In this document: one piece after another, positions 37,766 through 47,753 of the stretch
Position numbering within the stretch: the first letter of the stretch is position 1
Layout: each line of letters starts with the position of its first letter
Assembly (NCBI GenBank): GCA_963663635.2
Contig: CAXXMY010000017.1
Span: 91,461-155,460 of the forward strand
From: Acidimicrobiales bacterium
GTDB taxonomy: Bacteria; Actinomycetota; Acidimicrobiia; Acidimicrobiales; Poriferisodalaceae
DNA: 64,000 bases
Reading direction: 5' to 3'
The notes under the pieces: model-generated
Seen by the model: the letters and a program-made list of their open reading frames with translations, nothing else
Databases searched by the model: none
Told to the model about the DNA's origin: nothing
Program-made: the position numbers and the translations under genes

Positions 37766-38710
37766 ATGAGCGAAGCAATGGCCGCGACGCCAGCCACCCA
37801 GACACCGGCCTTGGGGATTCCAGCATCAGAGTCCCCGGCCTCGGAAACCCGGGCAGTCACCTTGACCGTGGACGGTGCAGAAGTCTCGGTGCCCGCTGGG
37901 CAGACCGTGCTCGCAGCGTGCAACGCGGCGGGTGTTTCGACTCCCACGATCTGCTGGGCGCCCAATCTCACACCGGTCAACGTCTGCCGAGTGTGCGTGG
38001 TGGAGCTCGAAGGCTCCCGGACCCTGGTGCCCGCCTGCTCTCGGCCCGCAGAAGACGGCATGGCGATCAGCACGGACTCCGAACGGGTGCGCCACAGCCG
38101 CCGGATGGTGCTGGAGTTCCTCGGTTCTGCCAACGATCTCAGCCAGGCCACCGAGATCAACGACTGGTCTGCGGAGTACGGCGCCGACCCGGATCGCTAC
38201 GACATGGCTGAGCGGGTCGACGAGCCCGTGCGCGTTCAGGACGAGCTGTACATCCGGGATTACGACCGCTGCGTCCTTTGCTACAAGTGCGTCGAGGCCT
38301 GCGGTGACGACGCCCAGCACACGTTCGCGATCGCAGTGGCGGGACGCGGCTTCGGCGCCCGCATCCGCACCGAGTACGACATCGAACTTCCAGAATCGGC
38401 GTGCGTGTATTGCGGGAATTGTGTCGCTGTTTGTCCGACCGGGGCCTTGCAGTTCCGAACCGAATTCGATCTTCGAGCCGTGGGGGAGTGGCGCCCCGAT
38501 TCCCAGACCGTCACCCGCACCGTCTGCTCGTACTGCGGCGTCGGCTGCAATCTCGACCTTCACGTCCAGGACGAACGCATCGTGACGGTCACCTCGCCCG
38601 CTGACCACTCGGTTACGAGCGGCCATCTGTGCATCAAGGGGCGATTCGGATGGCAGTACGTCCACGCCCCCGCCTTCGAGCCCCCAGCGCCTGACGCAGC
38701 GGGGCAATAG
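37766..38710 (+). CDS. formate dehydrogenase alpha subunit, N-terminal Fe-S portion (2Fe-2S, 4Fe-4S ferredoxin motifs, Mo-bisPGD 4Fe-4S cap) encoded as a separate gene
   Basis: CRVCVVE, CVLCYKCVEAC, CVYCGNCVAVCPTGAL, CSYCGVGCNL and GHLCIKGRFG motifs. It ends right after GRFGWQYVH, which is where the gene at 33867 picks up (RLETPLVR). Confidence 0.8.
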   Translation: MSEAMAATPATQTPALGIPASESPASETRAVTLTVDGAEVSVPAGQTVLAACNAAGVSTPTICWAPNLTPVNVCRVCVVELEGSRTLVPACSRPAEDGMAISTDSERVRHSRRMVLEFLGSANDLSQATEINDWSAEYGADPDRYDMAERVDEPVRVQDELYIRDYDRCVLCYKCVEACGDDAQHTFAIAVAGRGFGARIRTEYDIELPESACVYCGNCVAVCPTGALQFRTEFDLRAVGEWRPDSQTVTRTVCSYCGVGCNLDLHVQDERIVTVTSPADHSVTSGHLCIKGRFGWQYVHAPAFEPPAPDAAGQ

Positions 38711-38731
38711 CGGCCAGGGCATCGCCAGGCC

Positions 38732-40099
38732 ATGTCGGCGACGGAGCCGACTTCCGAACGGGTCTCCCGTCGGGAGCGAGCGTTGGGGCGCGCCCGCCAG
38801 ACGGCGTCGGAGGCCATGCCCCGCATCGAGCGCGTGTCAGCGTCGGCATCGCCCGAACCCCTCGTCGGCGGACCGGCGCTGGAATCGCGAGCTGCCCGCA
38901 GCACGGCGCTGTTCATCGGCATTGCACTGCTGATGGCCGGCAACGGCCTGCAGAACACCTTGCTGGGGGTCCGCGCCGAGTCCGAAGGCTTCGGTTCGAC
39001 GGTTTCGGGCCTGGTCATGGCGATGAACTTCGTGGGCTTCTTGGTCGGCGCGGCACTGGCGCCTCGGTTCCTGCGCCAAGTTGGCCACGTCCGGGTGTTC
39101 GCAGCATTGGCCTCCGCAGGCAGCAGCGTGGTGCTGGTGCAGGCGGTGTTCATCCACCCAATCGTGTGGGGTCTGGGTCGGTTCAGCTGGGGCGTGTGCT
39201 TCGCGGGACTGATCGTCGTCGCCGAGACCTGGCTCAACGAGCTGGCCACCAATGAGAACCGGGGACGCGTCCTAGCTCGCTACATGGTGATCACGATGGG
39301 CGCCATCGCGACTGGCCAGCTGTTGGTGGCGACTGCGGACACCAATGGCTTCGTGCTGTTCGCCGTCGCCTCGGTGCTCGTATCGGCGGCGCTCGTGCCG
39401 ATGTCGCTGTCGGCATCGAGCAGCCCCGCTATCGTCGCACCCGAGCCTCTGGGACTGCGGACGCTGTTCCGCACCGCGCCCACTGGCGTGGTGGTGGTGT
39501 TTCTCGTCGGCGGGGCGCTCGGATCCATTTCCGCTATCGGTCCCGTGTATGCGTCGGCACGGGGGCTGTCACCTGTGCAGGTGGCGATGTTCGTCGCTGC
39601 CCCGATGATCGGCAGCCTGTTCGGTCAGATGCCTCTGGGACGTCTGTCAGACCGGATTCCTCGACGAGCCGTGATCGTGGTTGCGTCCGCGGCTGCCGGC
39701 ACGATGTGCCTGCTGATGCTCGCACTCGACGAGCGTGGCCTCGCCGGCATCGTGGTGATGGCGGTGATGGGTGCGTTTGCCTACCCCGTGTACTCGCTCG
39801 CGGTTGCCCAGACGAACGACTGGCTGCGGCACACGCAGCGAGCCAGTGCGAGCGCTCTGTTGGTGCGCATGAACGGCATCGGAGCTACCACGGGACCGAT
39901 TTGTGCGGCAATCGGCATGTCGGTGACGCTGAACGCCTTCTATTTCGTGATGGCAGCAGCGCACGTGCTGATCGTGCTGTTCGTCTTGGCCAGGGTTCTC
40001 TTGGTGGCCGGGCCGACCGTCGCAGATCAGGGTTCGTTCCATCCGATCCCTGCGCGGGCTTCTGCGAGCGTCGCGGCCCTGTTGCGGCGGCGGCGATGA
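38732..40099 (+). CDS. MFS transporter
   Basis: Multiple TM segments and MFS-like spacing. The start is uncertain. Confidence 0.7.
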   Translation: MSATEPTSERVSRRERALGRARQTASEAMPRIERVSASASPEPLVGGPALESRAARSTALFIGIALLMAGNGLQNTLLGVRAESEGFGSTVSGLVMAMNFVGFLVGAALAPRFLRQVGHVRVFAALASAGSSVVLVQAVFIHPIVWGLGRFSWGVCFAGLIVVAETWLNELATNENRGRVLARYMVITMGAIATGQLLVATADTNGFVLFAVASVLVSAALVPMSLSASSSPAIVAPEPLGLRTLFRTAPTGVVVVFLVGGALGSISAIGPVYASARGLSPVQVAMFVAAPMIGSLFGQMPLGRLSDRIPRRAVIVVASAAAGTMCLLMLALDERGLAGIVVMAVMGAFAYPVYSLAVAQTNDWLRHTQRASASALLVRMNGIGATTGPICAAIGMSVTLNAFYFVMAAAHVLIVLFVLARVLLVAGPTVADQGSFHPIPARASASVAALLRRRR

Positions 40100-40125
40100 C
40101 GTCGCCCGGGTTGTAGGCAGCGACG

Positions 40126-40950
40126 GTGGGAGCGCTCTTTGGTCTGCTGACCTCAGGCGCCATCGGGGTCAGCGACCTGTTCGGGCGCCGAGTGGTGATG
40201 CGGTGCCACGTGCTGTCCGCAATGGTGATGTTCCAAGGCACCGCCGCTGTCGTCGCGCTCGCCCTCGTGCCCTTCGTGCCCGGCTCGTTCGCGAGCGACG
40301 ATTTTGTGCGCGGCCTGGTTTCAGGCCTTGGCCTGGGCACAGGTCTTGCCTGCTACTACACATCGCTGGATCGGGCTGGCTCGGCGGTGGCAGCACCGAT
40401 CGTCGCCACGCTGTCAGCCGTCATCCCGTTCGCCTACACGACGCTGCGGGGCCACGACCTGACCCTGGTTGCCATCATCGGCGCCGCAGTCGCCTTCGGT
40501 GGGCTCGCACTGGTCACCGCCGGGGGGACACGAGGCGCCAACGTGCTGGCAGGGACGGCATGGGCGCTGGTGTCCGGCATCTCGTACGGCGTTGGGCTCG
40601 GAGTTCTCGTGGATCTCTCCGAGACTTCCGGCGCCTGGCCGGGATTCGGGCAACGGCTCACCTCAGTGGCCGCCATGGCTGCGCTAGTCGTCGTCCGGCG
40701 CGTGCCGATGCTGCCGCCGTTCGATGTCATGGGATTCGCGATGCTGACCGGTGTCGCGAGTGCATCGGCGACGATCTTCTACATCGTCGGCATCTGGTTC
40801 GACGCCCCCGCAACGGTGGTCGGCGCTTCAATGTTCCCGGTGATGAGCGTCATCGTCGGTCGGGTCAGCTACCACGATTCCATCAACATGCGCCAAGCCA
40901 TCGGCATCGCCGCCGCTGTCATTGGCGTCACAGCCGTCGTGGCGACGTGA
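40126..40950 (+). CDS. DMT/EamA-like permease
   Basis: About 9-10 hydrophobic segments in a two-fold repeat organisation. Confidence 0.6.
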   Translation: MGALFGLLTSGAIGVSDLFGRRVVMRCHVLSAMVMFQGTAAVVALALVPFVPGSFASDDFVRGLVSGLGLGTGLACYYTSLDRAGSAVAAPIVATLSAVIPFAYTTLRGHDLTLVAIIGAAVAFGGLALVTAGGTRGANVLAGTAWALVSGISYGVGLGVLVDLSETSGAWPGFGQRLTSVAAMAALVVVRRVPMLPPFDVMGFAMLTGVASASATIFYIVGIWFDAPATVVGASMFPVMSVIVGRVSYHDSINMRQAIGIAAAVIGVTAVVAT

Positions 40951-40987
40951 ATGCCGTGGCGCTCAAACGCCCCTGTCGGGCGATGGG

Positions 40988-43040
40988 TCAGGGCTCTTCG
41001 TGTATGCGCACGGTGTAGCTGCCGTCTTGCTCGGCGAGCACGGCCACCCGGTAACCCAGCACGCTGAGCGAATCCCCCGTCTGAAGCAGCGGGTACCCCT
41101 CAATCGTGCGGTCCTCGTCGCCTGCAACCTTGAGCGGTAGCGAGTGCAGGCCTGAATCGACGGTGTACACGAGGACGCGAACGGCACCCACTGGTCCCGT
41201 TCGACGTTGCGTCGTGCCTCGACGACGATCACCCTGCGATTGTCGACCGACACCGCCGCCATGAGCGTGTCGTTGCCCTGCAGCGCCTCGGGGTCAATAT
41301 GGACCAAGGCATCGGGCTCTTCGATGCAGCTGTAGATCGACAGACCCATGATCCCGAAGTCGGACGCGACGAGCACCGTGCCGTCCTTGCGCTCGGGCCG
41401 TTCGCTGTGGCCATCGCCGTCCAGGTCGGCCAAGCCGAAGATGTGCAACAGCTCGAGTGCTGCGGCCCAGCCATTGGCGGTGATCTGGCGAGTCTCAGTG
41501 TGGTGCGTCACGTTCATGCGCATCGTGGGCACGGTCCGACCGCCGACGTCAATGTTGCCGGTCGCAGTGGCGATCGAGAATTGATCGCCCGGGAAGATCG
41601 TCATGACCGCGTCAATGTCGGAGAAATCGAGCTTGCCGGCGCTCGCGTCTTCGAGGTATTCCTCCATGTAGGGGACGCTCTCGGCGACTTCGGCATGGGT
41701 GCTGTGGCGAGCTTGCGTGTTGGGGAAATCGACGAAGAGCACCGCCAGCCGAACGGTGCCCACAGCAGAGGGCGACCACACGGGCGAGTAGCCCCAGGAG
41801 TTCGTCGCTGTGATCTGTGTGAGGCTCTTGCCCGAGGCATCCATCGTCATGAGGTACGTGCCGTGATCGCCGTGATCGCCCGGGCCGCTGTCGTCGAAGA
41901 ATCGCCTGAATGCGATCGTTGAGCCATCGGGTGACCAGGACACACCCCGGTCGTGAAAGGTGCCGTCGGTCAGTTGCTTCTTGCCGCTGCCATCGATGTT
42001 GATGACCCAAATGCTGGCACGCCAATCTCCATCGCCGTGCTGCTCGAATGCGTAGGCGATCTTGTTTCCGTCGGGTGACCACGCGAGGTAGAAAGCCGAT
42101 TGGTCTGGCAGCAGTTGAGTGGGCGGGTCGGTCGCCGCACCGCCGCATGAGCCGGCGGGAAGCGCTGCTGGCGCTGTGCCATCGTCGGTGTTGCCGCTGC
42201 TGTCGCCATCGCCTGTGTCGACCGTGGTGATCGGCCTGCCGAGATACTCGGACAGTGCCGCGTCGGAAACGGCTGCGTTGCCGCCGAACACCGTGAGCTC
42301 GATGCCGTCGCTGCCGACGGCAGTTCGTGCCGAATCCATGAACCCAGCCGTCTCGACGGGTATGGCCTGCGGATCGACCAGCACCAACGGTGCACACAGA
42401 CGTGCAAGCAACGGACCGGCACTGAACGAGTAGAACGGCACGCGCGCCCTGGCCAAGCCGATGTGCTTCCGGCCGAAGCAGTCGCCGGCCGAAGCGTCGC
42501 CGTAGCGACCTTGCACTAGCTCGGCAGCCTTGATGGCTGTGTCGTAACGGGTGGCTCCGGCCAGCCGGGTCACGGTCACGCCGAGCCCGGTGAGCGAGTC
42601 CTCGACCCCCGCGCTTAACGCAGCAGTGCCGCCCATCAGCACCACATGGTCCACAGATGCGCTGCTGAGATAGGAGACCACCTCGGGATGCAGTCGGTCT
42701 CGCGGGGTCAGCAGCACCGGATGGCTGCCGCGCGCTGAGAATGGTCCTGCTACGAGCGCGTCGGCGAAGACCTCTCCGCTGGCCACAACAGCAGTCCGGC
42801 CCAGCCCGCTCATGACGCCGACGTCGCCCGGGTCGCTGGACCTGCTGCGCAGGAATCGCCCGAGCTTGCGCGCAACAGCTGCACCGGTGGCGTACCGATC
42901 GGCCCCCGAAACCCGTTCGGACGAAATGCCGAGCGACGACAGTGCGTCGGTAACGCTGTCGCTGACGCGGGCATCTGGATCTGAATCAGGCGCCTGGGTG
43001 TCGATGACCAGCACGTTCGAGACCCCGGTGAGATTCCGCC
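40988..43040 (-). pseudogene. decayed surface-protein gene: starts mid-CWB2 repeat (no signal peptide), then PD40 blades, an M6 (InhA)-like metallopeptidase-like domain and a C-terminal beta-rich domain; frameshift near 41185-41200
   Basis: The coding-like sequence begins immediately after the mttB-like stop, within a repeat. The C-terminal part continues in ORF 40988-41191 in another frame. The HExxH position reads LELLH. Confidence 0.6.
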
Positions 43041-43051
43041 CAGTGTGAGAG

Positions 43052-44593
43052 CTACACGAGAGCGTCGGGTTCCTCGGCCTTGCGGCGGGCGATGTAGTCG
43101 CGGAGCTCCTCATCGATGGCGTCATCGATCGGCGGTGCTTCGTAGTCCGCCAGCATTCGCTTCCACACCACATTGGCGCGTTGGGCCGCGTCGAGCGAGC
43201 CGTCGTCGGACCAACGCTCGAAGCTGTTGTTGTCTGCGATGGAGGACTGATAGAAGGCCGACTCGAAGTTCTCCAACGTGTGCGCGTGTCCCAGGAAATG
43301 GTTGCCGTGAGGGTTCGTGAGGAACGCTTCGACGGCCTGCCCGTTGGGCGACATGTCGATGCCCTTGGCGTAGACCTCCATCATTCCGAGCTGGTCTGCG
43401 TCCATAATGAGCTTCTCGTAGCTCAGTGCCAGGCCACCCTCGAGCCATCCCGCTGCGTGCAGCACGAAGTTCACGCCCGCTGACATCGTGGGCAGCAGCG
43501 TGGATGCCGATTCGTACGCCGCCTGCGCATCGGGAGCTTTGGAGGACGTGAACTGCCCGCCGGAACGGAACGGCAGTCCGACGCGCCGCGCGAGCTCTGC
43601 CATGACGTAGATGGCCAAGCCCGCCTCGGGCGTGCCGAACGTCGGGGCTCCGGTCGCCATCGACATCGATGAGGCGAATGTTCCAAAGATCACCGGTGCG
43701 CCCGGGCGCACCAGCTGGCAGAACGCCATGCCCGACAGCGCCTCGGCCAGGCACTGTGCTGCCAGTGCAGCCACCGTGACCGGCGACATCGCCCCCGCCA
43801 AGATGAACGGCGAGATGACGCATGCCTGGTTGTGCCGTGCATAGACCTCAGCGGACTCCAGCATCGTCGCATCCCAGCGCAGCGGGGACGACGCATTGAT
43901 GAGGCTGGTGAGCACCGTGCGGTCGCCCAGATCACCACCGAACGCGATACGGCACAGCTCGACCGAATCCTCGGCTCGCTTCGCAGCGGTGACCGAGCCC
44001 ATGAGCGGCTTGTCGCTGTACCGCAGATGGGAATACACCATGTCGAGGTGGCGCTTGTTCACCGGCACATCCACCGGCTCGCACACGGTGCCGCCGCTGT
44101 GGTGCAGGTGGGGGAGCATCCACGTCAGCTTCACCACGTTCTCGAAGTCGGCCAGCGTGGCGTAGCGACGACCCTCGTCGAGGTCGGTCACGAACGGCGA
44201 TCCGTAGTTCGGCGCAAATACCGTCGCGTCGCCGCCGATCGGCACGGACCGCGCCGGGTTTCGGGCGTGCTGAATGTATGTGGAGGGCGCGTTTTCTTGG
44301 ACGATCTGCCGGCACATTCCGCGGGGAAATCGGACGAGCTCCCCATCGACATCGGCACCCGCGGCGCGCCACAGCTCCAACGCACGGGGGAATTCCTGAA
44401 AGGCGATGCCCACCTCGGACAGGATCGTCTCGGCATTCGCCTCGATCTGGGCCAGGCCGGCCTCGTCCAGCACACTGACCGGCGGCAGCCTGCGGGTCAG
44501 GTGCGTGTTGGTGACGGCGTCACTGGCCGCCCGCCTGGCCTGGCGGGCCGCCCTGCCGCCTTCTCGTCGTCGTGTCCGCTGGCTCATGTTCAC
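43052..44593 (-). CDS. MttB-superfamily methyltransferase, non-pyrrolysine type (quaternary amine:corrinoid methyltransferase candidate)
   Basis: Full-length uninterrupted ORF of 513 aa with MttB-family blocks (VLDEAGL..I...A..IL.E.G, GSPFV.D, GGTVCEP, SPLRWD, INFVLHAAGWLEGGL). No in-frame TAG. Start is GTG 44593 or ATG 44587. Confidence 0.8.
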   Translation of the reverse strand: MNMSQRTRRREGGRAARQARRAASDAVTNTHLTRRLPPVSVLDEAGLAQIEANAETILSEVGIAFQEFPRALELWRAAGADVDGELVRFPRGMCRQIVQENAPSTYIQHARNPARSVPIGGDATVFAPNYGSPFVTDLDEGRRYATLADFENVVKLTWMLPHLHHSGGTVCEPVDVPVNKRHLDMVYSHLRYSDKPLMGSVTAAKRAEDSVELCRIAFGGDLGDRTVLTSLINASSPLRWDATMLESAEVYARHNQACVISPFILAGAMSPVTVAALAAQCLAEALSGMAFCQLVRPGAPVIFGTFASSMSMATGAPTFGTPEAGLAIYVMAELARRVGLPFRSGGQFTSSKAPDAQAAYESASTLLPTMSAGVNFVLHAAGWLEGGLALSYEKLIMDADQLGMMEVYAKGIDMSPNGQAVEAFLTNPHGNHFLGHAHTLENFESAFYQSSIADNNSFERWSDDGSLDAAQRANVVWKRMLADYEAPPIDDAIDEELRDYIARRKAEEPDALV

Positions 44594-44686
44594 TCACTCA
44601 TTGGTTTGCATCGTCGTGTATTCGATCTTGTGTACCGGGTCTCGCCTGCCTTGAGACCACAACACTTGAGGCGACTTGCCTGCGCA

Positions 44687-46804
44687 TCACCGGCTCCGTC
44701 GGTGCCGGGAACGTCGTCGGGCGCTCGTGTCGGAGGGCGTGCGCGCATCAGCGCCCACCGGAACTGTGCGATCAGGCAGCTCGATTGCAGTGCCAAGCAG
44801 CGGATTCGACGCTGTCGCATGCGGGAGCGCCATCGCGGACACGAACAGCTCCTGAAATCGCGGCTCGGTTGCTGTCTCGATCTTGCGGATTTCTCTGACG
44901 ACGGACTCCATCTCAGCGCGCTGAGCGCCCGAGAGCAGCGCACGCACGGCACCTGTTCCGGCCGCATTGCCCACCGAGCGCACCGCTTCGGGCTTGCAGT
45001 CACCGATCAGCCCCAACACCATGGCGCGCACAGGGTCGATGTGGGCACCGAACGCTCCCGCGAGCTGGACCTGCTGGGGAGACCCGATGCTGGCGCGCTC
45101 GCACAACAGATCGATGCCCGCACGCAACGCCGCTTTGGCCAGCTGCACTGCCCTGACGTCGTTCTGGGTGACCGTGATGGTCGGACCGGCGCTGTGGGGG
45201 GGCGGCTCGTAGACCACGTAAGAAAACGTACGACCGTCGGCGATCACCCGCGCCGAGCGCTCGTCGGACGCCGGCGGCGCAGCGATGACTCCCTGCGCCG
45301 AGAGCACTCCGGCGAGGAACATCTCCGCGATCACTTCGATGATGCCCGAGCCGCAGAGGCCGGTGACGCCGGCGGCCGCGGAGCGCGAGCCGACAGCCAC
45401 CACGCGTTCCACCGCATCGTCGAAGCCGGGCTCGTCGGACCACAGCTCACAGCCAATCACCCGAAAGCGCGGCGCCCATGTCTGCGGGTCGATGCGCACG
45501 CGCTCGATTGCACCAGGGGTGGCTCGCAGCCCGCAGCTGATTTGCGCTCCCTCGAACGCGGGCCCTGTCGGACTCGACGCAGCCCACAAGCCCGCCGAGC
45601 TGCCCAGCACGATCTCGGCATTGGTGCCGACGTCGACCAGCAACGTGATTTCGTCGCTTCGATGAGGGCCGCCGGCGAGCACCGCGGCGGCGGTGTCGGC
45701 GCCCACGTGCCCCGCAATGGCGGGCCCGACATACACGCGTGCGGCCGGGCACGGAAGCCCGAGGTGGGGACCTTCGACTTCCACCGGGGCATCGGTGGCG
45801 AGCGTGAACGGCGCCTGCCCCAGCGGAGTGGGATCGATGCCCAAGGCGATGTGGATCATGATCGGGTTCCCGACCAGGACCACCTCGACCACCGTGCCGG
45901 GATCAGCCCCGGCATCGGTGCACAGTTCGACGACGAGCTCGGCGAGTGCATTACGCACGAGCGCGGTGAGCTCCGCATCGCCGCCGGGGTTCATCATCAC
46001 GTAGGACACCCGGCTCATCAGGTCCTCGCCGAGCCGGATCTGAGGATTCATGCGTCCCGCCGAGGTCAGCACCTCGCCGGTATGCAGATCGACGAGGTGG
46101 CCGGCCAGCGTGGTGGATCCGATGTCGACGGCGATGCCCAGCGCCGCGGTGACAACTCCCGGCCATACCGCCGCCAGTAAGCCGGTGCGGTTCAGGGGTC
46201 CTGCGCCGCTCCAGCGCACAGCGGCAGTGACGAGACCATCGCCCGCTGCGACGGCGCTATGGAGTCCTCCCAGCACCGACGGCAGCGTGCCGCTGACTCC
46301 GACGTTCCATTCGGCGCGCAGCTGCTCGATGACGATCTGGGCGAGGCCACGGCGCTCGTCCAGCGTCGGCGCCGCAATGTTGACCGCGTGCAGCGTGGTC
46401 ATCGGGTCCAGCACGATGTCGCCGACATCGATCGACTTGCGCACCACTGGACCGTGCAGCTGACTTTGCGGGGGAACGTCAAGCACGGCATCGGAGCGAA
46501 TGGCGGCTTGGCAGCCCAAACGTGCCGTCGACTCGAGCGGTCGGCGGCCCGCATAGGCAGCCTCGGTCTCATTCGAACCGCTGAGGGCGGCAGCGGTGGC
46601 TTCGATTGCCCACTTGGGGAACGATCCCAGCGACGGCACAACTTGGCACCGGCCGCAGATGCCGCGGCCGCCGCAGACGCTGTCGAGGTCAACGCCGAGC
46701 ATCCGAGCCGCGTCGAGCACAGTGGTGCCTTGCGTCACGGCACCCGAACGCCCCGACGGCGTGAACACGACGCGTGCTTCCCGAGCGTTCGATCCCGGCG
46801 TCAT
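44687..46804 (-). CDS. RACo-type reductive activator of corrinoid enzymes (N-terminal plant-type 2Fe-2S ferredoxin plus ASKHA ATPase/DUF4445)
   Basis: C-x4-C-x2-C ferredoxin motif (CGGRGICGRCQV ... LGCQA), then an ASKHA-like region (DIGSTT, VDVGTNAEI, GPAFEG). Start is ATG 46804 or ATG 46864. Confidence 0.8.
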   Translation of the reverse strand: MTPGSNAREARVVFTPSGRSGAVTQGTTVLDAARMLGVDLDSVCGGRGICGRCQVVPSLGSFPKWAIEATAAALSGSNETEAAYAGRRPLESTARLGCQAAIRSDAVLDVPPQSQLHGPVVRKSIDVGDIVLDPMTTLHAVNIAAPTLDERRGLAQIVIEQLRAEWNVGVSGTLPSVLGGLHSAVAAGDGLVTAAVRWSGAGPLNRTGLLAAVWPGVVTAALGIAVDIGSTTLAGHLVDLHTGEVLTSAGRMNPQIRLGEDLMSRVSYVMMNPGGDAELTALVRNALAELVVELCTDAGADPGTVVEVVLVGNPIMIHIALGIDPTPLGQAPFTLATDAPVEVEGPHLGLPCPAARVYVGPAIAGHVGADTAAAVLAGGPHRSDEITLLVDVGTNAEIVLGSSAGLWAASSPTGPAFEGAQISCGLRATPGAIERVRIDPQTWAPRFRVIGCELWSDEPGFDDAVERVVAVGSRSAAAGVTGLCGSGIIEVIAEMFLAGVLSAQGVIAAPPASDERSARVIADGRTFSYVVYEPPPHSAGPTITVTQNDVRAVQLAKAALRAGIDLLCERASIGSPQQVQLAGAFGAHIDPVRAMVLGLIGDCKPEAVRSVGNAAGTGAVRALLSGAQRAEMESVVREIRKIETATEPRFQELFVSAMALPHATASNPLLGTAIELPDRTVPVGADARTPSDTSARRRSRHRRSR

Positions 46805-46817
46805 CGCCAGGGCCTCG

Positions 46818-47753
46818 CTATCCAGTGCGCGCCTGGCGACCGCCGCGACGTCGCGGCCGCTCACCCGGTGCAGTGCCTCCCGACGCTGTGCCGCCGGCTC
46901 TTTGAGTGTTCCTGATCCTGTACTCCGCGATCCACGCGGCGCAGTTCTGATCGTTGCCCGCGAGAACGTCGCCGGCCATCACCGCGGCCTTTACTTCGGC
47001 GTGGAGCGGGTTCATAATGGCCGATGTCATTCCGGCTCCGATGGCCATAGCCAGGTACGTGCCGGTAATGATGTTGCGATTCGGCAAGCCGAAGCTGACG
47101 TTGGATGCACCGCACGTGGTGTTGACGCCCAGCTCATCGCGCAGGCGACGCACAAGGTGAAAGACCTGACGACCTGCTGTTGCCATTGCGCCGATTGGCA
47201 TCACCAACGGATCCACCACGACGTCGTGTGCGGGAATGCCGTAATCCGAAGCAGCATTGACGATGCGGCGTGCCACCTCGAAACGGACATCGGGATCCAT
47301 GCTGATGCCAGTCTCGTCATTGGAGATGGCCACGACTGCGGCACCGGCGCGCGCCACCAGCGGCAGCACGCGTTCCATCACCTCTGCCTCGCCGGTCACA
47401 GAGTTGATGAGCGGCTTGCCGACGTAGGCATCCACGCCGGACTCGAGGGCCTCGATCACGGACGAGTCGATGCAGAGGGGCACGTCGGTCACCGACTGCA
47501 CCAGCTTCACCGCCGACGCCAGCAGAGCGGGCTCGTCAGCGAGCGGCACACCCGCATTCACGTCAAGCATGTGAGCGCCGGCAGCAACTTGTGCGAGGGC
47601 ATCGGCCTCCACCCGGCTGAAGTCGCCCGCACGCATTTCTTCGGCAAGCAGCTTGCGACCCGTCGGGTTGATGCGTTCGCCGATCATCACGAACGGCCGG
47701 TCGAAGCCGATGACGACGTCACGGGTTGCAGAACTGATGACGGTGTCGGTCAT
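46818..47753 (-). CDS. methyltetrahydrofolate:corrinoid methyltransferase (pterin-binding, MtrH/AcsE/MetH-like)
   Basis: IGERINPTG, DVNAG, INSV and GASNVSFGLP pterin-binding-domain blocks. Its ATG overlaps the upstream stop (ATGA at 47750-47753). Confidence 0.85.
   Translation of the reverse strand: MTDTVISSATRDVVIGFDRPFVMIGERINPTGRKLLAEEMRAGDFSRVEADALAQVAAGAHMLDVNAGVPLADEPALLASAVKLVQSVTDVPLCIDSSVIEALESGVDAYVGKPLINSVTGEAEVMERVLPLVARAGAAVVAISNDETGISMDPDVRFEVARRIVNAASDYGIPAHDVVVDPLVMPIGAMATAGRQVFHLVRRLRDELGVNTTCGASNVSFGLPNRNIITGTYLAMAIGAGMTSAIMNPLHAEVKAAVMAGDVLAGNDQNCAAWIAEYRIRNTQRAGGTASGGTAPGERPRRRGGRQARTG

Noticed and set aside
16677-43040. The three CWB2 genes as an expression locus plus silent cassettes for antigenic variation
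   Set aside because: The domain orders differ and I see no extended DNA identity between the paralogues. The truncations coincide with an IS remnant and an operon boundary, which favours simple decay.
43052-44593. Possible pyrrolysine (in-frame TAG) in the MttB-family gene
   Set aside because: The 513-aa ORF is uninterrupted with no amber codon, so it belongs to the non-Pyl branch. No pylTSBCD-like genes are seen in the window.
43832-46180. 782-aa plus-strand ORF
   Set aside because: It is antisense to the MttB-like and RACo genes. It is Arg/Gly/His-rich with shadow-ORF composition typical of high-GC DNA, and has no domain motifs.
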